A DNA stretch of 64,000 bases from the human T2T-CHM13v2.0 reference genome, Homo sapiens. Location of the stretch: the NCBI RefSeq assembly GCF_009914755.1, contig NC_060933.1. One strand, 5' to 3'. The notes beneath the pieces were generated by a model. That model made no database searches. It was not told where the DNA came from and saw only the letters and a program-made list of their open reading frames with translations. A program made the position numbers and the translations under genes. Shown here one piece after another: positions 36,099 to 50,116 of the stretch (its first letter is position 1; every line of letters begins with the position of its first letter).

Positions 36099-36427
36099 TT
36101 AATTTTCTTCACATAATTCATGGATATCTATATATTTGTCTTCAATAAATCCATCATCATCTACCACAAATGAATGTAATTGTTCAAATATTACTGTAGT
36201 TTCTTCAGAGTTTGTTTCTGGTATCTGTGAAAGAGAGCTTGGATTTCCAGTAAAACCATCTTCATAGGTTTCTGCTTCATGCTCTTCCAGGCGATGATGA
36301 TTATAACTAAGCAGAATATTGTACCATATTGGGCATTTGATAGCAATAAAAATGAGAAGTGAAGTCGTCAGTACAGTGACAACAACACCAACAAGAAAAG
36401 CCCAACTTTTTCCAAGAGGTTCATGTT
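36099..36427 (-). CDS. LRRC19: LRRC19 last coding exon: transmembrane helix and acidic cytoplasmic tail
   Basis: taaag|AA CAT GAA..., HEPLGKSWAFLVGVVVTVLTTSLLIFIAIKCPIWYNILLSYNHHRLEEHE...DDDGFIEDKYIDIHELCEEN*; 81+514+189+329=1113 nt = 370 aa + stop. Confidence 0.95.
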
Positions 36428-36888
36428 CTTTAATGGAATACCAAGAGAGGAGAGAGAAAGAAAATTTGTTAAGTTGGCAAAATAATCATAATTATATATC
36501 CTAATTCTCCTCAATATTGGTATTAAAAATAAACATACATTGTAGTTTTCTTTAGATTTTGTTTGGTGGATGAATTCTCTTTGTTCAAAATAGCTGTGTT
36601 TGCAATTTTGTTACCCTTTTACCTAAGACCATTATTGATTTATACTCGTTAAGATTTGTGACTAGACTAGTTAAAACAAAGGCTCAGAGAAGTTAAATAA
36701 TTTGCACGATGGCATTTGGCTTGTAACTAGCAGAGCCTAGTTTGGAAGAGCAATATTTTGTAAATCTTTAGTTGAGATGAGGAATCTTTCTTTTACATTT
36801 TTTATACAAATTTAAAATAAAGATAACTACCTCAGTTTATTTAGTATGATACATTCAGCAGTGTTAATATATAGAACCAGTATATTAC

Positions 36889-37077
36889 CTGAATTTCTTG
36901 TTAAGTTGTTCGAAGAGCTATTAAATATTGAATTGCTGATGGGCTGAAAATGAATATAAAGATCTTCAGTTACTGATGAAGGAAATTTTGAGTGGCATTC
37001 AGCCTTATGAGGTACTGTTTTGATATTGTAGCTCTGCAGGCTGTTGGGGTAGCTACACATGGTGATGTTCTCATTTT
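36889..37077 (-). CDS. LRRC19: LRRC19 exon (189 nt), end of LRRCT and Ser/Asn-rich stalk
   Basis: ctag|AA AAT GAG AAC..., (E)NENITMCSYPNSLQ...NNLTRNS; donor G|gtaata; phase 1-1. Confidence 0.94.
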
Positions 37078-37506
37078 CTAGTAAATCAGAAAGAATAAGA
37101 TTTAGTATAGAGAAAAATAATAGTTAACAACATTTTATAATTGTTTTATCTAGAATTTTTGACATATTTGTCATTCTTAAAGGCATTATAAGAAATTCCT
37201 GTTGTATTTGTCTAGCAACATAATGAAAGAATGATGCACATTTCTGTTTATTATTTTATAAATATGGCTTAAATGCAGTATCTTTGTTATTTAGTTTATC
37301 TGTATTAGTGTAGATTTTATTATTAATATTGTGGTTACATGGTTACAATCTGGATCTCAGGCACAGTATGGTTTGCAGTTAAAATACGTCACTTGTTTTC
37401 ACTTAGTCTAGGAAGCACTTTTAAAAAATTAGTCTGACATATTGACTTTGCTAACAATACATGAAATGACATTATCATCTCACATGTATAGAACATTTAC
37501 ATTTCT

Positions 37507-37804
<298 letters not shown>

Positions 37805-37888
37805 TTTCTTAATTTTTCCCCCTGGTAATGGGGAAGGAGAGCATCTATGCAGCTGTTACTTTTTAGTGTTTCTTCCTGTTTTGCTTAA

Positions 37889-38224
<336 letters not shown>

Positions 38225-38305
38225 TAAAACGTGATATGAGAGATTTTTCTGTGGTGGAACATTGAGTTAATCACATTTTGGTTTTGCTTAATTATGATAG
38301 CTTAC

Positions 38306-38819
38306 CTAATGTCACATTTGATGTGTTCAACCAGTTCTGCAAATTAAATAGACTGCAAGAGCAGTTCCATAGGTTTCCATATAAAGTTATTAATTCCAGA
38401 TGAAATAGTGGTGGTACATCCAAATAGCTAATCAAATTGCCTTGCAGATTCAGAAGTTTTAGGCTTCTTAGAGGCACAAATACATCAGCATTCAGTTGTT
38501 CTATTTTGTTTTGGCAGAGATATAACTGTTTTAGTTTATTTAAGCCTAAAAATGCACCCTGTTGAATTACATAGATGGAGTTTCTACAGATATTTAAAAT
38601 TTCTAGACTGGAGAGGTTACCAAAACCGTTATTATGTAAGATAGTAACCTTGTTCTCAATCAAATAGAGCTCTGTGAGTAAAAAGTATGTCTGTAGAACT
38701 CTTGTGTCTGTACCATTAAGAGTAATTTGGTTATAACTGAGATCAAGTATAGTAACATCTTTCTTGATATCTGCTGGAATCAAGGTATAATTTTTTTCAG
38801 TAAAATTACATTGGACTTC
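38306..38819 (-). CDS. LRRC19: LRRC19 LRR exon (514 nt)
   Basis: ctag|GAA GTC CAA TGT; six LxxLxLxxNxI-type repeats (ILDLSYNQI, ELYLIENKV, ILNICRNSI, QLYLCQNKI, LLNLQGNLI, LITLYGNLW) then LRRCT NLWNCSC; donor G|gtaagc. Confidence 0.96.
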
Positions 38820-39272
38820 CTAGAAAAACAAAAAAAAGAAAGGCATTAATCAGAAAAAAAATTAATAGAATTTCACCAAATTTCATATTTAAGCACTTAG
38901 ACATTAGAAGGATGTTATTTTGGGAAAAAAACCTACTATCTAATATTTTGGTGTTACAGTAGAGCAAATCTTTTTCTTTATTGGGATGAAATACTAAAAA
39001 TTAAGGATATTCTGATACATACAATTGAACAAAGAGATTCCAATTTGTCATACGGGTATTTTCCAACTGTTATTACATGATCATTACAGAAAGTAATGCT
39101 ACTGGAATATTCCCATTTATATATGTGGAAATATATGGTAAATAATAATTCTGTTAACATTTAATATTCCAGTGTGCACAATTGCTTTATAGTGAGGAAA
39201 TTATTTTAAACTATATGTGTTTTTAAAATCAGCAGAGCTAACAACATTATACCTAGGGCTGTTCAATAATTA

Positions 39273-39595
<323 letters not shown>

Positions 39596-40191
39596 TCTGA
39601 ATAAACTCTCTGGTTTAACTCTCTTAAACTCTCTGGGTTTAACAGCTCAAAGTTTGGTGTTTTAAAAGGAAATATTTATCTTTTATCAGAAATGGAGCCA
39701 GGTATTGAATTTAAAGAGCCACACAATCTGAAATTCTTTATGTGGATATAGATGGAAAGAAAGAAATAGTTCTTGTTTTTACTGAACAGTAAACTAAGAA
39801 TAAATAGAACTAAGAATAGTTCTGGTTTATTACTGTTTTTGCAGTTAGATTTTTTCACCAATAATAATTCAATAGCAGTTTCTCTCATAAATATGTGCTT
39901 TTTAAAAAAAAGTTTCCTACATTTTAAACAAGATTTTACTCTTAAAACTAATTTCTGATTTTATAGTGAAAATTTTCAGATCTCTCCCTTTAATCAACTT
40001 TTAAAGAACTCAGTTTTTATAAATGAAGGCTGCTTTTGTCAAATTGGAATTTGGATATACAGAGCTAAATAAACTCTTAATTTTAGTAGGTCAGATTTTC
40101 TTTGCTTTCTTATTGCCCTTTTATATTTTACTAAATATACAGAAAATGTACCTTTGAAAATATTTTTACTATTTTGATTGTAAAAACTTAC

Positions 40192-40272
40192 TCTTTTAGA
40201 AGACTGGATTTTGTCTGATAATAATATCATGGAGAGGGGCCAAAAGAGGATTGTGATGCCTGTGACTTTCAT
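40192..40272 (-). CDS. LRRC19: LRRC19 first coding exon (exon starts 40281), signal peptide
   Basis: ttttctatcag|GTCTGCAAC ATG; MKVTGITILFWPLSMILLSDKIQSSKR; donor AGA|gtaagt; 81 coding nt. Confidence 0.93.
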
Positions 40273-40348
40273 GTTGCAGACCTGATAGAAAAGAGAGTAT
40301 TTTCATTAAGGACATTTTTATTTTTCCCTCTTTTGAATCTGTTTATTC

Positions 40349-40657
40349 TTTTTTTTTTTTTTTTTTTTTGGCTGAGACAGGGTCTCACTCTGTCACACAG
40401 ACCTGGTGGCATGGTCACAGCTCACTGCAGCCTTGATCTCCCAGGCTTAAGCAGTCCTCCCAACTCAGCTTCCTAAGTAGCTGAAACACAAGCATGCACT
40501 ACCATGCCTGGCTAATTTTAAAAATTTTTGTAGAGATGGGGTCACCATGTGTTACTCAGCCTGGTATCAAACTCCTGGGTGCGAGCCATTTCCCCCCAGC
40601 CACTGGCGTGGCCTTGAAAAGTGCTGGGATTATAGATATGAGCCACTTACCCTGGCC
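40349..40657 (-). mobile_element. AluJ
   Basis: poly-T, diverged dimer. Confidence 0.85.
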
Positions 40658-41264
40658 TTTCAAATCTACTTTTTCTTGAAATACATAAAATGTGAAACAA
40701 GTGCATGGCCATTCACCATCCTTGCACTCTGATCTTAATAAACTAGAAAGCCCCTTTGAAGAATGAGACTGATTTCTATTTTTTCTTTTTAGAGAAAATT
40801 AATATTTTTAAGTGTGTCTCATTAGTTTCTAGATCTCATGAAAGGAGCTTTAAAGCAATTTAAGTGGTTGTAAATTTTAAAAATTTAATATAGAAGTGCA
40901 CAAAAGAAATTCAGGAAAACGTATATTTATGCATGTTTAAGTATATGCTTATATTGATGGTCTTGATTTTTTCAATTTTAGGCATTATCTATTGGCATTA
41001 TCTATCTATTATTCTTGACTTAAAACTGTGGGAGATGAGAATCTTTAGCACTCTTTTTCCCCCCATGGTAACTTTTAAAAATTTTATTGAGGCGTGGTAG
41101 ATATACATAGTTTTGGGGTACATGTGATAAAGTAGTGCATTCATATAATTTTTAAAGATCAAATTAATGTACTTGGGATATCCAACACGTTAAATATTTG
41201 TCTTTTCTTTATAATGGAAACATTCAAATTCTCTTCTAGCTGTTTTTAAATGTACAGTAAATTA

Positions 41265-41432
41265 GACGAGAGGGAGAGCATCAGAAAATAGCTAATGGAT
41301 GCTGGGCTTAATACCTAGGTGACGGGTTGATCTGTGCAGCAAACCACCGTGGCACATGTTTACCTATGTAACAAACCTGCATAACCTGCACATGTACCCC
41401 GGAACTTAAAAATAAAAGTTGAAGGAAAAAAA
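41265..41432 (+). mobile_element. Short L1PA/L1PB 3' tail inserted in the L1MA
   Basis: gctgggcttaatacctaggtgacgggttgatctgtgcagcaaaccac...aacttaaaaataaaag; aaatta on both sides. Confidence 0.85.
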
Positions 41433-42512
41433 TTACTGTAAACTATAATTACCCTACTGATCTAACACTAGGCCTTCTTTTTTTAAGCAAACTGTATGTT
41501 TGTATGCATTAATAAACTTTTCTGCATTCCTCCCTCCCTACCACCCTTTCCAGCCTCTGGTAACCACTAGTCTACTCTTAATCTATATGAGGTCCACTTT
41601 TTTAGCTCCCACATGCCGGTGAGAATGTGTGATATTTGTCTTTCTGTGCTTGGCTTATTTCACTTGACATAATGACCTCCGGTTCCGTTTTTGTTGCCGC
41701 AAATGACAGGATTTCATTTGTTTTTATGGCTGAATAATATTCCATTGTATATATATGCTACTTTTTTTTAATCCATTCATCTGTTGATGGGCACTTAGGT
41801 TGATTCCATAGTTTTGCTCTTGTGAATAGTCCTCCAATACACATGGGAGTGCAGCTATCTCTTTAATATATTCATCTCTTTTTTTTAAATGTATACCCAG
41901 TGGAATTACTGGATCAAATGTAAATGTAAGTGTTATATTTTTAGTTTTTTAAGGAACCTTCATACTGCTCTCCAGAGTGGCTATACTAATTTACATTCCC
42001 AAGAGTGTATGAGGGTTCCCCTTTCTCCACATCGTCACCAGCATCCGTTATTGCCTGTCATATTGATAGAAGCTACTTTAATGGGGGTGAGATTATATAT
42101 CATTGTAGTTTTGATTTGCATTTCCCTGAGTGATTACTGATGTTGAGCATTTTTTCCACATACTTGTTTGTCTTTTGTGTGTTTTTTGAGAAATATCTAT
42201 TCAGTTCTTTTGCCATGTTTACTTGGATTATTTGTTTTTTATCGGTTTGTTTTTGGCTAGTGAGCTGTTTGAGCTCTTTATATCTTCTGATTATTAACCC
42301 CTTTTTAGATGGGTAGTTTGCAAATATTTTCTCATTCCGTGGGTTGTCTCTTCACTTTTTTGATCATTTTCTTTGCTGTGCACAAGCTTTTTTGCTTGGC
42401 GAAACCCCATTTGTACATTTTTGCTTTGGTTTCCTGTGCTTTTGAGGTCTTAGAGACACAAAAAAATCTTTGTCCAGGCCAGTGTTCTAGAGCAATTCTC
42501 CAACGTTTTCTT

Positions 42513-42971
42513 TTTTTCTCTTTTTTTTTTTTAAATAAAGAAAAGAGGTTTAATTGACTCAGTTCCACAGGCTGTACAGGAAGCACGTCTGGGGGGTCCT
42601 CAGGAAACTTACAATCATGGTGGAAGGTGAAGGGGAAGCAGGCATGTCTTACATGGCTAGAGAAGGAGGAAGAAAGAGCAGAGGGAGGAGCTACACACTT
42701 TTAAACAACCAGATCTTTTTTTCTTTTGAGACAGAGTCTGGCTCTGTTGCCCAGGCTGGAGTGCAGTGATGCCATTTTGGCTCACTGCAACCTCTGCCTC
42801 CTGGGTTCAAGTGATTCTCATGCCTCAGCCTCCTGAGTAGCTGGGACTACAGGCATGTGCCACTTTCATGCGGGTCCATGTGAAGAGACCACCAAACAGG
42901 CTTTGTGTGAGCAACATGGCTGTTTATTTCACCTGGGTGAAGGTGGGCTGAGTCCGAAAAGAGAGTCAGCC
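42513..42971 (-). mobile_element. Composite retrocopy: LTR7 (HERV-H) R-U5 42864-42970 + Alu right arm 42716-42863 + MST LTR 3' part 42533-42715 + poly(A) 42513-42532
   Basis: GCTGACTCTCTTTTCGGACTCAGCCC...AATAAACAGCCATGTTGCTCACACAAAGCCTGTTTGGTGGTCTCTTCAC...CATGAAA; ATTAAA 16 nt before poly(A); 15-bp TSD (13/15) at 42498-42512 and 42972-42986. Confidence 0.85.
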
Positions 42972-43814
42972 CTCCAGTGTTTTCTTGAAACAGTTTTATA
43001 GTTTGAGGTCTTATTAAAGTCTTTAATCCATTTTTATTCCTGGATATGGCAAGAGATAGGGGTCTGGTTTCATTTTTCCATATATAGTTATGCAGTTTTT
43101 CTAGCACCATTTATTGAAACAACTATTATTTCTCCATTTTATGTTCTTGGCACCTTTGTTGAAGATGAGTTGATGTAAATGTGTGTATTTATATCTGAGT
43201 TCTCTATTCCATTCCATTGGTCTATGGATCTGTCTTGATGCCAGTACCATGCTGATTTGGTTACTATAGCTTTGTAGAAAATTTTGAAGTCAGGTAGTGT
43301 GATGCCTCCAGCTTTGTTCCTTTTTGCTGAGGGTTGTTTTAGCTATTTGGGATCTTTTATGGTTCCATATGAATTTTAGGATTTTTTTTTCTACTTCTAT
43401 GAAGAGCGTCACTGTATTTTGATAGGAATTGCATTGAATCAGTAAATTGCTTTGGTTAGTATTGATATTTTAGCAATGTTCTTCCACTCCATGAACATGG
43501 ATTATATTTCCATTTTTTTTTGTATCCTCTTCAGTTTCTTTCATCAGTGTTTTACAGTTTTTGTTATATAGATATTTCACTTCATTGGTTAAATTGATTC
43601 CAAGGTATTTTATATTCTTTGTAGCTATCGTAAACAGGCTTGCTTTCTTGATTTCTTTTTCAGATTCTTCACTGTTGGCATATCTAAATTCTACCAATTT
43701 TTATATGATGATTTTATATCTTGCAACTTTACTGAATTCAGTTGTCAGTTTTTACAGATTTTTTGTGGAGTATTTAGGGTTTGTTTTTTTTTTAATTTTT
43801 TAAGTGTAAGATCA

Positions 43815-44195
<381 letters not shown>

Positions 44196-45930
44196 TTAGT
44201 GCTAGTCTGTTCTAGTCAACTTCCTCATTGCCTTTGATTTGTTGATCCATTTATGCACATTCCCCTTCTACCTTTTCTCTTTCCATAGTTAAATGAAATT
44301 TGTTAGGAAAAGCTACTCTGCCTCCTATATTTTATAAAATTTGGATGTAGATCATAATAGAATCCCTTTTAGAGCCAGAAGTGCATTTAAACTATCACTT
44401 ATTCAAGATGATTGCCCATAGAAGAGGGATGCCTAAATCATTTACAAAAGGTAGTTTACCTATGTTTAATGATTTATAGGAATAGGTGTTCAGCTCCTTC
44501 AATGGCTTGTTTCAGTATTTCTCAATGATGTGGTGAAATTCTTACTGATGTCTCTAGTAGGCTGCAGAGGTGACTGAGGAGAGGTGGGTAAGGGAAGTGC
44601 TGTTTTTTTTCCAGAAACAAATAGGATGGGGATAGTGAAAGAAAGCAAATAGGCTACAAAGAAAATGAACTAGATTTAAGTTAAAAGTTGATATGAAATA
44701 GAAGCAGGTGAAAAAAGTAATGGAGGCAAGACAGGACTGTGAGCTTATGTGGAAATGGAGACGGAGTATGGTTTTATATTTATTATCTGTATCTGCTATT
44801 TAATGCTAATAATTGTTTTCTCAAGTGCGCTAAAAGAAAAAAATCATAAGGATTAGAAAAGGATTTTTTTTCCTTTCCATTGGATAGATCTTGGAAGCAG
44901 TGTATACTCAGCTCAAGATAGATTCTGTACAAGAAAGCATTCAACAAATCTAAAGCATCGTTAGGTCTGAAGCTGTGAAATACATTGATTGATCCATACT
45001 ATCTGTGAGAGTTTTCACATATTTGTGTGCCTTTTCAGAGGAGAAAGATTGAAAGAGGGGGTGATGTCGATTATCATGACACTGAGTAAGTCCCCAGACA
45101 AAGCATTTGCTAGCATTATTGGGTGTCTTTAAAAAAAGAAAATCAGATACGCAGAATAGCTGGCCAAGTAGATTATGCAGAAATTATCCATCAGTCAGTT
45201 TAGCCTGTTTCAACAGTTGGTTTAAAAGGAAGTCAGTCATTGTTGCTTTCTTTCTCCTTTTGGAATATTTTCTAATTTGGATTTTTTTTGAAATGATAGT
45301 TGAGTTTCATATAGTGATTACTTAGGAGCTAATATAAAATAGAAAACTGGAATAGAAGATGGAATATCAGTTTCTTTTGTTATTTCACAAAATTACGTGC
45401 ATTTTTACCTAGCATATGATCTACGTTACTGAAAAAAAAAGAGCTTTACTCAAAGGAAATGGTAGATACTGAAAAAGAAGCATTGTTCTTAATAAAGTTT
45501 CAAGTACATGTTTCTTAAGTTATTTACTTTATATGATTATTATATGCTATGAAATAAAGAGATGCTGTAATTATTTTGGTTTTGTTAAAATCTAAATGTA
45601 GTTTTTCCATTAAGTATTTTAGATATTTATGCCAGAATTCAATGTATTTAGAGAATGATGTTAATAATACACAATTAACTTTGTTTCCTTATTTAACTAT
45701 TGTGTAGATTTTTTTCAGATTTAAAACCTTTTTGTAATGGAAAATTTCAAGGAAAAAACCTAAGTAAGAAGAATAGTTATCAGCCTGCTTCAATAATCAT
45801 CAACTCATGGCCAGTCTTTTTTTTATCTTGCCAATTGGCTTTTAGATTAGTGTCACTTCAGAATGCTCTGTGATTAACATATTTTAAAATAAAAATTCTT
45901 ATAAATTTGATTGGCTAGATGAAACCATTT

Positions 45931-45946
45931 CCCCCCCCCCCCCCCC
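45931..45946 (+). repeat. C16 homopolymer
   Basis: 16 consecutive C. Confidence 0.95.
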
Positions 45947-46171
45947 GGCAAAACAATTACTTAGTATTGTATTCTAACTTTATTTAGGAAAGACCCTTTG
46001 GCCATGTCTCAGGTATATAGTATTTTTGAGGTAGACCATGTGAAAATATAATCATATTTTCTTATTTTTCATCACTTCTTAAAGGCAAAGATGGTTGTAC
46101 AGACTTAACAAACTTAAATATGATTAAAAAAAATACAACAATAACCAAAGCTATAAATATACATATCTTAC

Positions 46172-46260
46172 CTTTTTTTCTTTTGTCTCTAAGACTTGTG
46201 TGCTAAAGGAAATTAACTCTGTTTCAACGGCATTAAAAAAAGTACATCGTATGATTACAT
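46172..46260 (-). other. LRRC19: Probable non-coding first exon of LRRC19 (5' limit approximate)
   Basis: strong minus-strand donor AAG|gtaaga at 46172/46171 in unique sequence; the ATG exon has its own acceptor, so an upstream exon is required; position fits my recollection of the gene span but the TSS cannot be seen. Confidence 0.6.
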
Positions 46261-46413
46261 TTCACTTTGTTTTAACCTTTGTACCCAGTGAACAGGTGAT
46301 TTAAAAAAAAAAACTAGACTTCCTTAGCAAAAGATTGACTAGAAGAATAATTTCTTAAAGTCATCTTTTCCTTTTTTAGTATAACAAGTAAGGCTGTTTG
46401 CCTAACCTTTGTG

Positions 46414-46723
46414 TTTCTTTCTTTTTTTTCTTTTTTTGAGACGAAGTCTCGCTCTGTCATTCAGGCTGGAGTGCAGTGGCATGATCTCGGCTCAATGCAA
46501 CCTCCACCTCCTGGGTTCAAGCAGTTCTCCTCCCTGCCTCAGCCTCCTGAGTAGCTGGGATTACAGGCTCCCGGCACTGCACCTGGCTAATTTTTGTATT
46601 TTTAGTAGAGATGCGGTTTCACCATGTTGGCCAGGCTGGTCTCAAACTCCTGACCTCAGGTGATACCCCTGCCTCAGCCTCCCAAAGTGCTGGGATTACA
46701 AGTGTGAGCCACTGCACCCAGCC
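46414..46723 (-). mobile_element. AluSx-like
   Basis: TSD acctttgtgtttctt. Confidence 0.92.
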
Positions 46724-46896
46724 TACCTTTGTGTTTCTTAATTACTCTTTGAAAATTTTATTAAAGTATTAACAATTTTACTTACTGATTTAGAGTTTAC
46801 AATATTGAAAATGCATACTTTTGAAAGATATACTGTTGCTAAATTAATTTATGTTTGTCCTGATGGTATTTTGTGCTTAGAAGCATTCAAACTGAG

Positions 46897-47172
46897 GTCA
46901 GGTGCAGAGTCTGACACCTGTAATCCCAGCACTTTGAGAAGCTAAGATGAGAGAATAATTTGAACTCAGGAATTTGAGACCAGCCCGGCCAACTTAGCAA
47001 GACCTTGTCTCTACTCAAAATAAAAAGTAAAAACATTAGCAGGGCATGGTGTTGTGTGCCTTTAGTCCCAGTTACCTGGGTGGCTGAGGTGGGGGGATGG
47101 CTTGAGTTTGAGCATGCAGTGAGCCATGATTGTGCTACCACAGTCTAGTCTGGGTGACAAGTGGTACCTGTC
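46897..47172 (+). mobile_element. AluJ
   Basis: diverged dimer whose tail runs into a GA-rich tract. Confidence 0.85.
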
Positions 47173-47338
47173 AAGAAAGAAAGACAGAAAGAGGGAGAGG
47201 GAAAGAGAGAGAGAGAGAGAAGAGAAGAGAGAGGAGGGGGAGGGGAAGGAGGAGGAGGAGGAAGGGAAGGAGGCAGGGAGGGAGGAAAAGGAAGGAAGGA
47301 AAGGAGAGAGAGAGAAAAGAAAGGAGGTAGGGAGGGAT
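47173..47338 (+). repeat. GA-rich polypurine low-complexity tract
   Basis: (GA)n, (GGA)n, (GGAA)n mosaics, almost no pyrimidines. Confidence 0.92.
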
Positions 47339-47411
47339 TCAAATTGTAAAGATACCACCAAGTTTTGTATTCTATTGAGTTTCAACGTTTTTGTTTACTT
47401 ATTATTGTGTG

Positions 47412-47715
47412 TTTTTTTTTTTTTTTTTTTTTTGAGATGGAGTCTCGCTCTGTCACCCAGGCTGGAGTGTAGTGGCGCAGTCTCGGCTCACTGCAAGCTC
47501 TGCCTCCCGGGTTGACGCCATTCTCCTGCCTCAGCCTCCCAAGTAGCTGGGACTACAGGCGCCCACCATCACGCCCAGCTAATTTTTTTGTATTTTTAGT
47601 AGAGACGGGGTTTCACCATGTTAGCAAGGATGGTCTCGATCTCCTGACCTCGTGATCTGCCCGCCTCGGCCTCCTAAAGTGCTGGGATTACAGGCATGAG
47701 CCACCATGCCCAGCC
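47412..47715 (-). mobile_element. AluY
   Basis: ctgcaagctctgcc, ggatggtctcgatctcc; TSD-like tgtttactta. Confidence 0.92.
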
Positions 47716-48942
47716 TGTTTACTTACTTTTATGACACCATCATCAGTGGTTTTACTGCCAAGTTATAACAGGAGCAAAGTACTCAAAGCATCAAAAAGAC
47801 CTTACACCTGGACATCATATGGCCTTTAGAAAGTCAGTTACTTTTCTTATGCTGTAATTTCTCCTCTGTAAAATGGAATACTTTATAACATTAGTTCTCA
47901 TCTTCCTACATTGAAAGAAGAAACACTGTTGGTAGTCAGTAATCAAATTTAGAATGAATTCCTTCCAAAAGATTAATTCCACTGGGCTTCAGTATCCTTA
48001 ATTTATGAAAATAGATACTTTCCTTTCAATTTCTTTGAGCTCATATACCTATACAAATTGTAGCAGCAGGAAACACATTTGTTTTACTGTTGTAATTGAA
48101 GCTCCAAGTGAAGATACCACTTCTTCTCCAACAGTGAAACAAAAATAAATTGAAATTCCAGGTTGCTTTACTATGTTCATCTTTTATTTGGTTATTTTGA
48201 GATTTTTTTTGGTAGGGAAATTTCTGAGTTTAGGTTGTTTATTCTAGTAGTAGGATATGAATGTGTAGAAGGTGTGTAGGGGATATGTGGATCCACAAGC
48301 TTAGCTGGTGATTGTGAAAACTATAGAAGTTGGTATCTATGAGCGAAAGAGAGTAAATAGTGATAGGTTAATCAGATTTTGAAACTCAAAATAGAAATTA
48401 ATGATCTTGGGAGTGAAAATGTGTGTTCAATCCAGCTTTTTATAAAATGTAAATCTTGAAAGTATTTAGATAAGTGGCATCTTACCTATTCTTTTTTCAG
48501 AGTTTTTCTCTACCCTATCAATAATTGACCTTGCCTAGGCAACAAGTGACATGTCATTGGTATTTCTTTTGATTACGTGATAAAAATGGTTATTGCTTCT
48601 AATTAATTTCACTATTACTACTTTTATAGGATTATGTTTGTAATGTTTATTGTGTTTTTAGAGAAATGAGCTTAATATTTTACAATGCTAAAAAATAGCA
48701 AAAATTTGTGAAATAGCAATGTTAACTAAAGCAGTAAGTAAAAGAGAACTTAAGCAAAGCATATTATTAATCTAAAGCCATAACTAAAAAATCAAATTGC
48801 ACTGCAGGCCTCTCTACTCCCTAGTTCTGTCAGAGCCACACTGGATGATTTACACGGGAAACTTCTATACAGTATTTAATTTAGTCAGAAAAACTTATGG
48901 CTAAAGGATGCTTTAAAACCACAATTCTAAAACTTATTTGTC

Positions 48943-49304
<362 letters not shown>

Positions 49305-49521
49305 TAAGGATTTTTTGGTAATCTTTGTGATTTCTTAGTAAAATAAAATGGAGAGTAAGGAAATAGAGGAATTTAGGGATGGAGAAGAGAAAGATGTAAA
49401 AATAAGTTTGTGCTAATGGGGCCAAATTTTATATAGGTCAAATAGCATTTTTTAGTACAAATATAAAGACTTTTCAGTCACACACTGTGGTTGAATGTCT
49501 TTAAGTATCCTATTAAATTAG

Positions 49522-49912
<391 letters not shown>

Positions 49913-50023
49913 TTTAGAAAACTTCATTTTCATCTGCTGTTTGATGACCTAGCTTTTACTCTTATTATTTTTGGTTTACTTCTATTTATTCATTTTGCAT
50001 TTCATAAAGACATGAAAATACTC

Positions 50024-50116
50024 GCATTTATAAAAATACTTGTCTATAAATATTTGCATTTATAAAAGTACTTTTCTATAAATGTTTGCATTGATAAAAA
50101 TACTTGTCTGTAAATT
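50024..50116 (+). repeat. 32-bp tandem repeat, about 3 copies
   Basis: gcatttataaaaatacttgtctataaatattt starting at 50024, 50056 and 50088. Confidence 0.85.

Noticed and set aside
38292-38783. 163-aa LRR ORF as a stand-alone gene
   Set aside because: It starts at a TTG inside an internal LRRC19 exon; real boundaries are the splice sites at 38819 and 38306.
42864-42970. LTR7 R-U5 piece read as captured minus-strand strong-stop cDNA or a decayed solo LTR
   Set aside because: The TSD, the poly(A) placed 16 nt after the MST ATTAAA and the intact host L1 enclose all three fragments together, which fits one retrotransposed RNA better.
47062-47515. Overlapping E/R/K-rich and S/P/L-rich ORFs
   Set aside because: Artefacts of a stop-poor GA-rich tract between two Alus.
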